From contig OZ037765.1 of the NCBI GenBank assembly GCA_964035545.1, forward strand, positions 21,823,504 to 21,887,503: a stretch of DNA of 64,000 nt, given 5' to 3'. Under the pieces are notes generated by a model, which searched no databases, had not been told where the DNA came from, and was given only the letters and a program-made list of their open reading frames with translations. Shown here in pieces: positions 13,597 to 26,890 of this stretch; the stretch's first letter is position 1; every line of letters starts with the position of its first letter. This DNA is from Bugula neritina. Taxonomy: Eukaryota; Animalia; Bryozoa. The translations under genes and the position numbers were made by a program.

Positions 13597-16500
13597 ATGG
13601 CATCAAACTCTCCATCGAGCAACTGTGATGAGGAGAAGTTGGAACCGAAGAGACATGATATAGAATTAGGTACTTTAACTTACAATTATTGATAGAATAG
13701 AGTTGTCCTCTATCTGTAAGCGTTAGCTAGTCTACAGGCTATCTATTTACAATAGGATCAAGTACCACATATTATCAGACTAATTAAATTAGTCAACTTT
13801 AAATAACAACCCTTTATAACGTAGCTAAGCTGCTTATATATCTAATTTAAAGTATGTATATGTTTTTAAAATAAGTAGCTGCCAATCATTATAGTAAGAT
13901 ATTCTTGGCCATGTGAGCAGCTATCATAATTATTGAAGGCGCTGACATTAATGTGTGCCTGTACTCTAACATAATTATCATTTGTTGTACCTACTATTTA
14001 TAAGCGCAATAGGTTGGCTGAGATTGAGAGCTAATGTCATCTGCACTCTTCACCCGCTGTTCGGCCTCACTAGGCCGCCGTCCCTCCTTCTTGGCCCGGA
14101 CTAGGTCAGCTACCACCCCTGGTAGCGTAGCTTGGAGCTGACACAGCTCCTTGACGTTTTTGAGCAGCGTGGGGTTTGCGTGAAGGTTGTTAACAGCCTC
14201 ATTAAGGGATTCGGACCGAAGTTGTCCTTCCTCCCAGCTGTATACACCCGCTTTCCCCAACTGTTCTTCAACGTCCGAGCGAGGAAGCCCACCATCTCTA
14301 CACTCGATATTTTGGCATTGCTTACACCCATCTGCCTGGCGGCGGCTGAGTCCATCGGCATTACCGTGTTTCTTACCGGGTCGGTGTTCGATCCGATAAG
14401 AAAACTCTGCCAGGATTTCCAGCCAGCGCGCCATAGCAAAGATGCATGATCCGTCCGTAGTCGGAACGTGCGCCCATAAAGATATGGTCTAAAGTGTTTG
14501 ACCGTCTTGACTACTGCCAGGAGTTCTCTCCTGGTTGTACAGTAGTTCTTCTTAGGCGCCGACAGGGCTTTACTATAGTAAGCCACCACCAGCTCGCGAC
14601 CATCTTAGACCTGAGACAGCGCAGCCCCCACATTGTGGTTACTGGCATCAGTATCCAAAATGTACTCCTTCGCCAGGTCAGGATACGCTAAGATGGGTGC
14701 TTCCACCAGGCGATCCTTCAGGTGGTCAAATGCCTTCTGCTCGGCCTGTGTCCACTGCCATCGCACCTCCTTTGCTGTCAGCCGATTTAACGGCTGTGCA
14801 ATTCCTGCGAAGTTCGGTATGTACTGACGATAGTACGCTACCAGCCCCAGGAATGCCCGCAATTCAGGGAGGTCGACAGGAACAGCCCAGTCCCTCACAG
14901 CCCGTACCTTCTCGGGGTTGGTGGCGACCCCGTCTCGACCAACCACATGGCCCAGGTACTTAACCTCGCGCTGCAGTAACGCACACTTAGAGGGCTTGAG
15001 CTTCAAACCAGCAGCTCGAAGTCTGTCAAACACCTCTCTTAGCCGACTGACATGAGTGTCGAAGTCGGGGGAGATGACAATGACGTCATCGAGATAGATG
15101 AGCAAGGTCTTTTAGTGCAGCCCACTCAGGACCTGCTCCATGAGTCGCTGGAAGGTGGCCGGTGCGGACGTAAGTCTGAATGGCAGCACCTTCCATTTCC
15201 AGAGCCTATCCCGCGTAATAAACGCGGCCTTGTCCTGTGTTTCAGGGCTCAGGGCACCTGCCAATACCCGCTTAACAAGTCCAGCGTACTGAAAAACTTG
15301 CTACCAGCTAAGGCATCGAGCGACTCATCAATCCTAGGAAGAGGGTAAGCGTCCTGGATGGTCACGCTGTTCAGCCTGCGATAATCAACGCAAAACCTCC
15401 AGCTCCCATCCTTTTTCCAAACCAGGACAACTGGAGAACTCCAGGCTCCATGGCTTGGCTCAATCAGGTCCCGGTTCAGAAGGTCTTGCACCTGTCGGCT
15501 CACTTCTCTTTCCTTCTCAGGACCTAGCCGGCGGGTCGGCTGCCGGAAGGGCGCCGTTCTCGCCGCCAGGGGTATCTCATGACAGACAGCCTTAGTCAGA
15601 CCCATGTCATGGTCGCCGCAGCTGAACACGTCTTTGTACTCAAAAAGTAGCTGCGCCATTACCAGGCGTTCCCGCTTACTCTCACAGGTATCACAGGCAT
15701 CCCCGTACAACTCTGCTACGTGTTCAGGCACCGGCCCCCTGCCGTCGCTAGTGGGTATTCTATGGGCTTCGTCCGCTGTCTCCAGCGCTGGCCCTACATC
15801 CTCCTCCTGTACGGAGTGGAACTTCCCCACTAGTGACCCAGCCGGCAATTCTACCGGCTCCGTGAAAGGATTCACGCACTGGACCAGGAACTCCCCCCGC
15901 TCATCCAGTCTATTCAGACTGTTAGCGAGCTGGACGCCCCCCAGCGCACCTTCCACCACTCCTAAGTCGGAGATTTCCCTACAGTTCACTCTGCAGCGAA
16001 CTGTAGCACGGGAGCAGCCAGGTACAGTACAGCGCTGCACCACCTGCACTCCCCCCACCAAGGGTCGGTCAAATCGGTCGACACAGGCCAGCTCACGCCC
16101 GGCCATCACCACTGCCGACTTGTTAAAGTCGATGTGACACCTGTGTCGTTTCAGAAATGGCATGCCCAAGATGGCATCCTTCTTCAGTTGACTGACGATG
16201 AAGGTCTCGCTGATCACCTGATCACAGACTCTACCAGTCAACTGGATTACCCCATAGAAAGGAATACAAGACCCGTCCGCCAACGTGCCGTGTTCCCCTT
16301 CATATGGTTCTAGGCTAGCCCTGTCCCTAGCACTGAGTGTGTCAAACAGACGCCGGCTCAGAAGATTTGTGGTACACCCAGTATCCAACAGGAAGGTGAC
16401 AGCTTTTCCGGCAAGCTTGCCGGGGAGGAAATAGCTGCTTCCATATGGCTGGGCGCTCACTGAGCGGTTTGTCTCTTGAGGTGACACCTCATGTGCATGG

Positions 16501-19500
16501 AGTTGGGGATGCACCTATGCTTTTCGGTTGCGAAGGGGTCGTCGACGTTGCGTGGGCAAGCAGGTTACATCTCGGTCTTGCTCACACACGGGCGGCCGAG
16601 TGAATGCTCGGTCTGGCGCTCGTGTGGGCAACCAAGGGAAATCCCTGTTTCGCTCCCACTCGTCGTACACTCCCTCGTCAGGCAAACCTTCAAAGCGGTT
16701 TTTGAGTACCCAAGCTGGAGGTTTTGGCGGGCCTTGCGGCCTACTAACTCTCCTTGGGGCCTGCCACTCTGGCGAAGGCGGCCTCGTCACCCGGTGGGGT
16801 TTGAGCCTTGGCCTCTGTCTTGGAGGGTTAAACTGGGGCCCACGGCTGGCGGAATTTACCGTGGGCCGTTGCCATTTAACTACCTCCCTCTACCATAGGG
16901 GCAACTTCGCATGAAGTGCCCACCACTACCACAGCCCCAGCATACGTGGTGCCGCCTGTCGCCGCCTGTTGCCGACAGCTGTCGACGACCCTCGAGGTCG
17001 CTCGGCTGTCGACTGTTGGCGTAGTTGCCTGATCTCGGCTAACAGCTCTCGAACCAAGCTTGTGGTCAAGCTAGTCGGCTGCTGCCGTGACGACATGTGC
17101 AGCTGTCTTCGCCGGCGACGTCGACACGTCATCGTCTGCTCCGACCTGCTGTATTGTCGTACCAGGCCGGCACGCACTGTCGGCTTGGAAATAGGCATTT
17201 CCCAGCCTGAGGGCTCGCTCCATAGTCTCAACCTCGGCCACCAGCAGATGCTGCTTCAACCCGAGGTTGTTAATAGACTGGAGGAATGCGTCCAGTGCTA
17301 AGCTCTGTCGACTATCAGCAGGCAAGTCGCCATAAGCAACTTGTGCCAGTCGTTCGACTACGGTCGCATGCTCTCGCAAGTTAGTCTTAGGATTTCTCCT
17401 AAGTCCCTGGAGTTGCACGCGGGCATCTCGAGCGGTTAATCCAAACCGAGCTCTCAATGCCTCAAATATGTCACCGACATCCTGGCTTATCCCGTAGGGT
17501 TTAGCCGGCCCTGTCAGACATAACCGTAGCTGGATCAGAGTAACCCTATTCGGCCATCTGCAAATGGCCGCCACATCACTGAATTCAGTGATGAACTGCT
17601 CCACATCTTCTTCTCCTGAGAAGATGGGAGCCCGCAGGTGGTACCTGTCCATAGGCAGCGCTGGGCCGCCTATGTTATCCTCCTCCATCGCTACTGGTCC
17701 CTGTCGGGGCACGTCGTCGTCGGCCATCTTCTTTCTACTCCCTGGCTAGGAGCATTTGTAATAAGTGAGATCTCACCGCTGCCACCACTGTAGTAAATTT
17801 CACAATTCACTATAATGTGTGGGTCTACTTATTCAAAGCTACTTCACCAGGTTTATCGCGATTATACAGAGTTTATTATTTATGAAAGATACAGCAAATA
17901 AAACTACTACTCTAATTTACACGATTACATTACACAGAGCAAACTATACACTACTATTCATAATCAAATCCCAAGCTGCTCTGCCCGCTAGCTGCCTAGC
18001 GTGCTTCCAATATACGCAGATAGCTCCGCCTCATACTAATTAGCAGTCACTCCTGATTGGCTAGCATTAGTGGTGCCATTGTCGACTATAAGATGCTGTC
18101 GGCTGGGCAAGATGCTGTCGGCCTCCACAATGGCATGACATAGAGTCGACCCTTTCGATATACTCATAGGTTAACTAATTGCATTACTAAAATCCACTAC
18201 ATTATTTACAGTAGAATCAAGTACCACTTATTTTCTGAATAATTAAATTAGTCAACTTTAGATAATAGCTATTAATAACATAGCTAAGCTGCTTATATCT
18301 AATTTAAAGTATTAATATGCTTTTAAAATATATAGCTGCCAATCACTAGTGAGATAGCCTTGGTCACGTGAGCAGCTATCGTAATTATTGAAGGCACGGA
18401 TATTAATTTGTGCCTATCCTGTTGCAAAATTAATGTGTGCCTGTACACTAACAAATGATGATCTATTCTTTACTATTTATAAGGCCAATAGGTTGGCTGA
18501 GGTTGAGAGCTAATGTCATCTGTATTTGGGTTGAACTCAAAAGTCAAGTTGTAAAGACAATCATCATTACTATAAAGATATTAGAAGTCATATGTGCATG
18601 TAATAATTCAGTTCAAGTTTTTATATATTGAACTTTTCAATGGTTCTTTGCTATCACTGCTAACCTTTGCTTCTATTTATTTACTTTATTTCGCTCAATT
18701 AACACAATCATATGTCACACCACTCTATATTAGCATAATTATATGTCACATCACTCTATATTAGCACAATTTTTATATGTCGAATTGCTCTTCACTTGCA
18801 ACTCAATAATATTTAAAGCAGGTTAGTGCAAAAGTGAAGATTATATTGAGAAGTTATTTTCATGTTGGAAACGCATATGTATTTAATAGACATCCATATT
18901 TGCTTCTTGGTAAAAATGTTTGAGTACAACTTTTAGGCACTTGCTTAGAGCCGAGTTAAAGTTTTTGAAGATCTACATAGAAATGTTAGATTATATATTT
19001 TAATGGTATCAATATTTCTAAGAACTGTTGAAAGTGTTAAACAGTAGAGTTGTCACAGTGTTTATTATATGTAACTACCAATTCTTTGAAATGACCCAAG
19101 TTTCAAATTTTGGTATGTGGTCATTGTTTGGCAGGCTCAATGAAAAAACAACTCCTTGCGGTTTAGTGCACACAGAATTAAAGCTGTCTCATAAAACTAA
19201 AAATTTATATTTACCTCTAAATGGCTCAATTTAAAGGGTGCTAATTAAAGACTTAACAGGGGTTTTGACTTCTCTCCATGTATTTGTGATGGACATTTCT
19301 TTGTTAGTTACCAGTTTAGTGATACAACAACTTCATTATACATGTATGTAGGATCCAGTCATGTGATAAACGATAGAATTTAAAATTAATCAGACCGTTC
19401 CCAGCTCTCTGAAGATATAGTAATAATTAATTTACCATATTAATGCTTTTACCTTGCTTTATGTTGCTATTTCAGTCACTAGCTAAGATTTCATACATTT

Positions 19501-22500
19501 TACCTGTTAAACTGGAATCCTTGCAATAGGTGGATATAGGCCCCTTCAACAGCATGTTGGACACACAGCACAAGAGAAGTTTTCACCAGATACTCTTTCT
19601 GACATTAACTCTTCCTCCACCCCTTTGAGATTTAAGATTAACCAACACCTTGATGATGCATAGCTATCCAAGTGCCTCTACTCTATGCTGAATTAATGCT
19701 ATAATTATGTTATTGTCTTATGATATAAATAATTTGGTCTTATTTCTTTCATTTGACTCTTAGATTTTATATAACATTGATTGCAGGCTTCACTATGGCA
19801 AACCCAACATCAGAGGAATTAGATGAAAGAAGAGAACAACAAATACAAGCTTTACCAGACCGTGAGTAAATATTAATGCGCTGCCTACATCGATTGATTT
19901 GACAAAATGAAAGGAGAAGTATAGTCTAAACTCTAACAGATACTGTACTGCTATTTATGTGCTTTATAAAATGCACACATTTTATGCCTATAGATAGTAT
20001 ATAAATAGGCTATAGGTGTATAATAAATTGTAGTTTAAATAATTCGACTCAATATAATGTTAAACTGTAGGCGAGCCCATTGCTAAATCTATGCCAATGA
20101 TGAAGATGGTGCAGTTTGTTTTATAGAATAACAATCACCAGCTGCTAACTTAGCGTAGGGCCACATGTGGGTCCAAATATTTATATATAATCACAGTTTA
20201 CAATAAAAAACTATTGAATAGTGCAATAGCACATGCTAAGAGGAGTTTTCTATAAACAATTCTCAGAAGATTCCTCTATCAATGGATACTTTGAATAAAT
20301 CTTTTAACAGCTTCATATGATATTTTATTGCTATCCAACTCAGCATTACTTATTTTTAGATATTTATATATATTCTTAGCAATACCCAGAACTATGCCCT
20401 GTGTTAACATTTTTAAGGAGTAAAGCAATAAGTTTTGGTTAACCTTGTTTAGTACTTTATGAACAAAAACTATAAGCAATATAGAGTTTGCATAAGACAT
20501 GGGAGGTTAGAATTCTAAACTTGTTTTTTAAAAATGACGAGGGACAGAGTAAAAAACGAAAAATGATAACAATATAACACCAAATTATAGTAGAATAAGT
20601 AGTTTTCAGAATACAGGAGTGGAATAACTTTTTGACATATAAAAGTTTAATATTTTAGCTTAGAGAGAAGAATAATAATTTATAGAAACTTAGTTGGCAT
20701 ATAAACGCAAAATATATATGATGGGTATAAATTTTTAGTACTTCACACTAAAAATCAATTAGCAGATTGGGAACTCATAGGAAATTAAAAGTTTATTTGT
20801 AATTTTGAGTATTAAGTACCTATGTTATTATTATTGGTAGCTGAGAATTCCACCAGACCCAAAACAGAGTCAAGAAAGCTACCTAGTGGAGACGTCAAAG
20901 AAACAGTTCTAATATACAATTCCAAAGTACAAATTAATATTCACAAATATCATATAAATTAAAATCACTGAAATTGTAAAAACACCAGCTTATTGAAATA
21001 TTCTTATAAAATTTGAAACTGCTAGGTCAGTAATTATAATAATATATGGCTTGGAATTAAATTATATTAGGTTTCCTTTTTGTTCAATTGTTCTACAAGA
21101 GGTTCTATAGTAGGAGCCAATGAGATGTATTGTAACTGTGATTTACAAGTGAACCTGTCTTATAAGGGGCTTTATTTTTGTAGACGGAACATGACTCCAA
21201 ACCTTATAAAAGGTACAAAACTCGTTGGTGTGACCATCGCAATAATCCTGAAGGTTGCGAAAAAGGAGGAGATTGCACATTTGCCCATGACGAGACCGAG
21301 AAAAAGTTCTATACTTCTCTTTGGAATACATATTATGATGAAGCTAACATTAAGGTACAACTTCCCCACTTTTTGATCACAATTTAGTCAACTCATTATT
21401 AGTCTAATTAGCACTTATTGAAAACTTAATAACCTGTTTAGCTCCAGTAGTACAGATTTATGTAATAAAATTGTTCATTTGAAAACATCAACATTTTTGC
21501 TTCGGATTCAAGCCATGATTTCTGTAGATTCCTTTAACCTGTAACTAAGATTATAAAAGAACAGCTTTTTAGGCTTTCTTATTCCTTGCATACTGCATAC
21601 TTTGTATATATAGATGGTTTATATCAGCTATAAAAAGATTTATTGTTGAAGTTTTTATAATCGGGTTAATTTTTTGGTATAAAACAGATCAGACTATATT
21701 TAAGTTGTCTGATTTTAGACCAATTATTGGTGCGCATGATACTTTTGAATGTGGTTACAAAATTTAAAATGTGTAAGTTTGCTGTCCAAGAATTAAAATT
21801 TCACTTCATATAAAGTAGGCTGTAAATTAAAAATACAAGCAATTCTGCAAAGTAACAAAACATAAATAAAAGATATTATTCTATATATCTCTTTTATGCT
21901 ACTGTTCTAAAGTTTATTAGCCCATTAAGCATATAATATGACTTTTGTTAGAAGGTCATTAGTTTTGTACAAAAGAATAAGATTTTTTAGCATTTTAAAT
22001 TTATGCATTATATGCTCAAAGTTGGAAAACATATCATTTTAGAAAAATACTGAAATCTGCCATATTATAAAAACTTAAAACTAATTGAATTCATGGTTTT
22101 AGAAAGCTCACCATGAGCCATGCCGAAATCAGCAGTGTCCTATCAGACTTCGGTCACTATTGTATAAAACAGTGATCTGCAAAAATTGGGATAAAGGTTG
22201 TTCTTACGACCCATGTAATTTTGCACACGGAGATGGTGAACTCAAGCCTTTACCAAAATATGAAATGTGCAAGAATTTTCAAAGAAGGACTTGTAACTTA
22301 AAAAGCTCAGAGGTACGTATTATAAAGATTGTCTAATCTTATCACTTTTACCCACTCATCATTATATTAATATCGCTCATAATTATTCCGTAAAAATTCC
22401 CTGACACACTTCACTTATGCAGTAATAAGATATCCTCATATTATATATTTACTTCTGTCTATACATACTGTTTTAGGGTTGTATTGCCCAAAACACTTTT

Positions 22501-24216
22501 GTTTTATAATAAATTTTGCACACATTTGGGATTTTTGATCGCTCTCAGATGACATTTCCTCTATGTTCTGGCTACTTATACTAATTATAGCTAACTTTCA
22601 TATCCTACTTTTTAGCTGCTGCAAGACACAGCCTAATGAGTAAGCTAATTAAACAGTTAGAAGTTTTAACTTTTAAGCCAGCACATGTCAGTATGAAATT
22701 TACTATAAAACAAAATTGTTTGGTCATATACCATTCTAAAAAGTACGGAAATGAAAGGTAATATACATAAACATATTTTTATGCTACCTAAGTAAGGTGT
22801 GTCAGGATTCTTTAACCAAAATGAACATTGGGAAATTATTGTCTTCCCAAATTATTAAGTTAGAACAGGGCTGTCCAACAGGCGGCCCCAGGGCCGGATG
22901 GCCCCTAGCTTACATTTATGTGGTTCTCAGAAGCATAAAACTAAAATTATTTTTTACAGTATACATGAATTAGTGTGAAAAAAACCACCTTTTAAATGTT
23001 TCATTTATACACATGCTACAAAACACGCATCCTGCATTACCTATTGGGACTTTATTGTGTAGTGATTCATAAGAATTTGGAATAAAATAATGTGAAAAAT
23101 ACTGATGTTGTGGCCCCCGGCTCAAACTGAAGTTTACAAGGGTCCCTTGCCATCAGAATATCTCCTTTACAGCGGCCATCGGTCTGAAAAAGTTGGACAC
23201 CCTGAGTTAGAGAGTAGTGCGGGCTTGTAGCTGTAGGAATTAATAAGAGGTTTACATCATTCATTTACTATAATATTTAATTTTTTAAAGCAATCCTTTA
23301 AAAGATGAAATATTCTTTAATGCCCAGCAATAATGCATAATTTTCAATTTATTCATTCAGCTAGACAATAATGTATTTTACATTTTCACAGTGTGTTTAT
23401 GCTCATGGCAAGCATGAGAAAAGACAAAAGGGAGCAACCATAATTCAGGTATTATTATTTCAATGAAATGCGCATTTATAGAGCTATTAATATTATATTG
23501 GCCATTTTTATATGCCATGCAATACATATTCAAGATAAACAGCACTGTACTGTACCATTTAATGTAACCTATTCCAACTGAATATTTTCGAAAAATTGAA
23601 ATCAATTTTTATCTCAATTCAGTGTGTTTTAACAAAATTTCACACGAGAAGTAGCAAACTTATGCATGGCTGTTTTTCAACTGTTCAATTATTCTTTGAC
23701 TTGCTCATTAACAAAACTCAGTAGAACACTATAATGATGAATTTAAATGATTTTACATAAAATTTACATATTTTTCGTATGTAAGAATAAAACATTACTT
23801 TATAACAGTTGTAATGTTTCAGCTATAGAGCGTTTTGGTAAAGTTGCAATTCATAAAATTTAGAATGACAACTCGGCAGTAAAAATTACAATTGTATTTT
23901 AATGAATTCATAGCATATGTGGATAAATCGTGTGAATAATTTTCCTTTCAAAACCTTAATACAATAGGAGGTTGGTGTCTATTCAATTAATGATATGAAG
24001 GTTAAGATCATTCATTTTATTTATCAACTGACCAAATTTTTGAAACAAAATAAAGACGTTATTGAAGCATTAATTAATGTGGCTGCAATCTTTATATAAT
24101 AATATAATTGTACTTTTTAGAAATCTGCTGCTGCTGCTGCTGAGTTGTGTACTAACTGCCAATGGCTGCATCATGCATTACCCGATGAAGATTTGAGGAA
24201 TACATTCATCGTCTAA
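13597..24216 (+). CDS. CCCH zinc-finger protein, copy 1 (about 236 aa); exons 13597-13669, 19787-19861, 20841-20926, 21184-21354, 22103-22312, 24121-24216
   Basis: All GT-AG, phases 1,1,0,0,0 give one open frame. Fingers YKTRWCDHRNNPEGCEKGGDCTFAH and YKTVICKNWDKGCSYDPCNFAH, plus an atypical third finger KYEMCKNFQRRTC...CQWLH. Same exon structure as copy 2. Confidence 0.85.
13744..14043 (+). repeat. About 300-bp diverged direct repeat, copy A (copy B about 18203-18523)
   Basis: Shared blocks TCAAGTACCAC, AATTAAATTAGTCAACTTTA, GAGCAGCTATC and CAATAGGTTGGCTGAG.TTGAGAGCTAATGTCATCTG in the same order. Confidence 0.9.
17770..17787 (-). promoter_or_regulatory. Primer-binding site (tRNA 3'-end complement, likely tRNA-Leu)
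   Basis: Minus strand TGGTGGCAGCGGTGAGAT, 1 nt after the LTR's terminal CA. Confidence 0.8.
17789..18201 (-). repeat. 5' LTR of the Gypsy element
   Basis: TG...CA termini with short inverted ends (TGTAGTAAATTT / AAATCCACTACA), immediately followed on the minus strand by the PBS. Confidence 0.88.
18203..18523 (+). repeat. About 300-bp diverged direct repeat, copy B
   Basis: Aligns with 13744-14043. Confidence 0.9.
22866..23204. mobile_element. hAT-type non-autonomous element (MITE)
   Basis: TIRs CAGGGCTGTCCAAC / GTTGGACACCCTG; 8-bp TSD AGTTAGAA / AGTTAGAG; subterminal GCGGCC/GGCCC motifs; absent at the paralogous site near 31105. Confidence 0.88.
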
Positions 24217-24510
24217 TGATTGTAGCTAAACGCTCAACATATCAACTATAAAATACTCAGCTTTTAGCAATTATTTATTTAGAGCCTTTCTATAGGATTG
24301 CACTTATAATAATTTATTATGCTTGCCCACTACTTTATATATTTTGTGTTTTTATTTAAACAAAAACTATAATAACTCAAGTTATATTTCAACTGTTATA
24401 ATGTCAACTAGAGTTAATATCTTTTATATACCAAGTAGCTATAATTAGTAGATCCAAGTGAATTATGTTTTCTTGTTATCGTCACAGTGAGCATCTATAT
24501 ATATATATAT

Positions 24511-24565
24511 ATATAAATGTTAGCAACACTGTGAAATCTAGAGACTATAACTGCAAGAACTATAG

Positions 24566-24645
<80 letters not shown>

Positions 24646-24700
24646 CTATAGTTCTTGCAGTTATAGTCTCTAGATTTCACAGTGTTGCTAACATTTATAT
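24511..24700. repeat. Perfect 190-bp palindrome centred on a (TA)n microsatellite
   Basis: ATATAAATGTTAGCAACACTGTGAAATCTAGAGACTATAACTGCAAGAACTATAGAAA-(TA)n-exact reverse complement. Confidence 0.97.
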
Positions 24701-24894
24701 TTTTAGTAGTTGTGTCAAATAAATCTACAGCACCGAAAATATATGATTAACTTATATTTCTATTTATGCATATGATATTCTATGTAGTAAATCATACAAT
24801 TTTATCTATTCATCCACATTCATGTAGGATTTATGTATTTCGGGACTTCCACTATAGACATTTGCCACCACAAACAGTATTCCCTTGGTAGTCA

Positions 24895-25496
24895 TCAAAT
24901 CTGTGACAAATAATCGGATACCAGTTGGACTGTGTGAGCAGTAGTGGCTTTAAAATGACCTGAAATAAAGACAATATTATGCTTCTATTTAATTTTTCAA
25001 GAAGTCTTACGTGCTGCATACATAAACTAAATTAGATAACTTTTAAAATAGCACAATATTGCTTTTACCAAACTAAAATATTTTTGTAGCAATATTATTT
25101 ACCTAGTTGGGGAAGCATATATATACTATAGCACTGCAGTGATAACATTCACAATTTAGTAAGATGACTGGGGTGGCTTGTTTTATTTGACAAATTATAA
25201 GTTAATTCAAGTCAACTAAAAATTGCTATTATACTTAATGATGAGCATTACTAGAAATAACAGTCACAAGCTAGTACAGTGGGACTTAACCACTTAAACC
25301 TTTATCAAGAAACATTATTACTTATTTCTCATTACCTATCAAATGAAATGCAGTTGCAACAGTTTTGTGCATAATCAAGGTGGGTCTGATACTAAAGAGA
25401 GTTACCTAGCTTCGAAACAAATCCATGAACAATTCCATTTACATAGAAGCTCATATTTTGTTTTTACACTTGAGTTATTTACTTTTTTCTGATATG
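24895..25496 (-). pseudogene. Truncated duplicate of the last two esterase exons
   Basis: Matches 33029-33115 and 32587-32651. Acceptor changed from CAG to CAA, a frameshifting insertion precedes the catalytic VHGF motif, and upstream exons are absent. Confidence 0.88.
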
Positions 25497-26890
25497 TTGA
25501 CAAGTGGATTTTTATATATATCGTTATAATATATATTTATATTATATATAATAGTATAATACATATGTTGATATAATAGGCATATATCACTAAAAAGAGC
25601 TCAATTCAGGGGCAAAGCAAAGTGTATAAAAAGTTAAAAGGTATGATAAAAGTTAATTAAAACATGTTATTATTACTAGTTACATGTGCACATTAAAATA
25701 AAAATAAAATATTTACTAAAAGATGGTATAACTGAAATATTGGAAATTTAAGACACAATTTTCTGCAAGAAATTTGTTAGTACGTGCATGCATGCAAGTT
25801 GTTACAATCTGTAGTCATGGCTATTCAATGTTAAACAAGATGGCTTGCAAAACATGAAATATTTTTCTAGTAGGCACAGCTTGCAGAGTGCTGACATTTT
25901 GCAACATATGGCTGTGCCCTGGTTAAAATCTTCCATTCTATTTAGTAGTTCATGGCTTGATTTTTAGCTTCCACTTTATGTTTGATTCAGTTATGTAAAG
26001 TACTTTTTATTGTTGTTTCTAAAGCTAGCTGTATGATTGTTATATTGGGTATTGAAATTTGTTTCCTTTACGTCAGCGAAGGTCTTCGTAGTTGCACAGT
26101 TGTTATTACAGGGCACAGCTTGCTAAATTATGACCTTTGAGCAGCATAGATCCTTCAGTGGACCAACTGCATGCAGCTGGTCTTGACTCTGCAGTTTCAT
26201 GATTTTGATGTATTGCTGAATTCTTGCTTTGGAAATATTTATTCTAAAGAGAGTATATTGCATGCAGCTATAGTTGATTTCAAGCGTTTTTATGTTGAAA
26301 ATTTTTTGAAGTCCATGTTTGTAGGTGAAATTAACTTTCAGGATTGTACTGCACATTTGGTCTAGCCTACATAACAAAATTACATTCTAATCAAATTAGC
26401 ACTCTAACACATTTGTTTGTCATGCAGCTATTGCATTACAGTACCAGTTTGCAATTTGTGATCAATATTACAGTTGTTCCTTTTTACATTCACGCATGAA
26501 CTTTTCGGCATTTATGAACATACTTGATTAATCTATAATATATCACTGTATGAACAATAGAGGTATTGATGTATGAAGTGCCAAACGGTTCAAATTTACC
26601 TTTTATTTTATATATGCTGTTTGAGAGCAAATATTAACATATGGAAGTTGTTAGTGCACATATAAAAGAGGTTAATACTTTATAGACTCTATAGTCTACT
26701 GTAAACATATTATGGACTATTTCGTACCCCATTATAACATTATAGAGGCAACTTTATTGAATATATAAGGGTATAAAATGGTGCCAAAAGAAAAACTTCC
26801 CCATATTCTAACTCCATATAAGTGCTGGATATTTTACAACTCATATCTCTAGCAGACCAGCTCTTGAAACTCAGACTTGGCTAACATAAA

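Larger units (their letters stand above)
14044..18201 (-). mobile_element. Ty3/Gypsy LTR retrotransposon, 3'-truncated (no integrase, no 3' LTR), degenerate; lies in intron 1 of CCCH copy 1
   Basis: gag 17071-17727; CCHC knuckle CWGCGSGGHFMRSC at about 16902-16943; protease LLDTG; RT (YPLPRIDE, LDLLSGYWQV, IYLDD); RNase H (DAS, ELLA, TDH). Order PR-RT-RH. Several frameshifts and stops. GC-rich relative to host DNA. Confidence 0.96.
9108..25530. repeat. Tandem segmental duplication, unit 1 (paralog of about 26339-33150)
   Basis: Colinear similarity blocks: 9108-9375/10729-10770 with 26339-26650, 13400-13700 with 26700-27000, 18780-19870 with 27040-28480, 20640-22350 with 28520-31050, 23210-25530 with 31110-33150. 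Boundaries approximate. Confidence 0.9.

Noticed and set aside
14132-17749. Multiple plus-strand ORFs over the retroelement
   Set aside because: Antisense shadows of GC-rich gag-pol with no recognisable motifs.
13744-18523. Outer 300-bp direct repeats as the Gypsy LTR pair
   Set aside because: No TG..CA ends; the PBS abuts a different segment (17789-18201) that has proper LTR termini.
24465-24722. ORFs with (YI)n on both strands
   Set aside because: Translation of the (TA)n palindrome.
25750-26340. Possible gene between the duplicated units (also 8350-8750)
   Set aside because: Only short ORFs with no recognisable motif or consistent splice structure.
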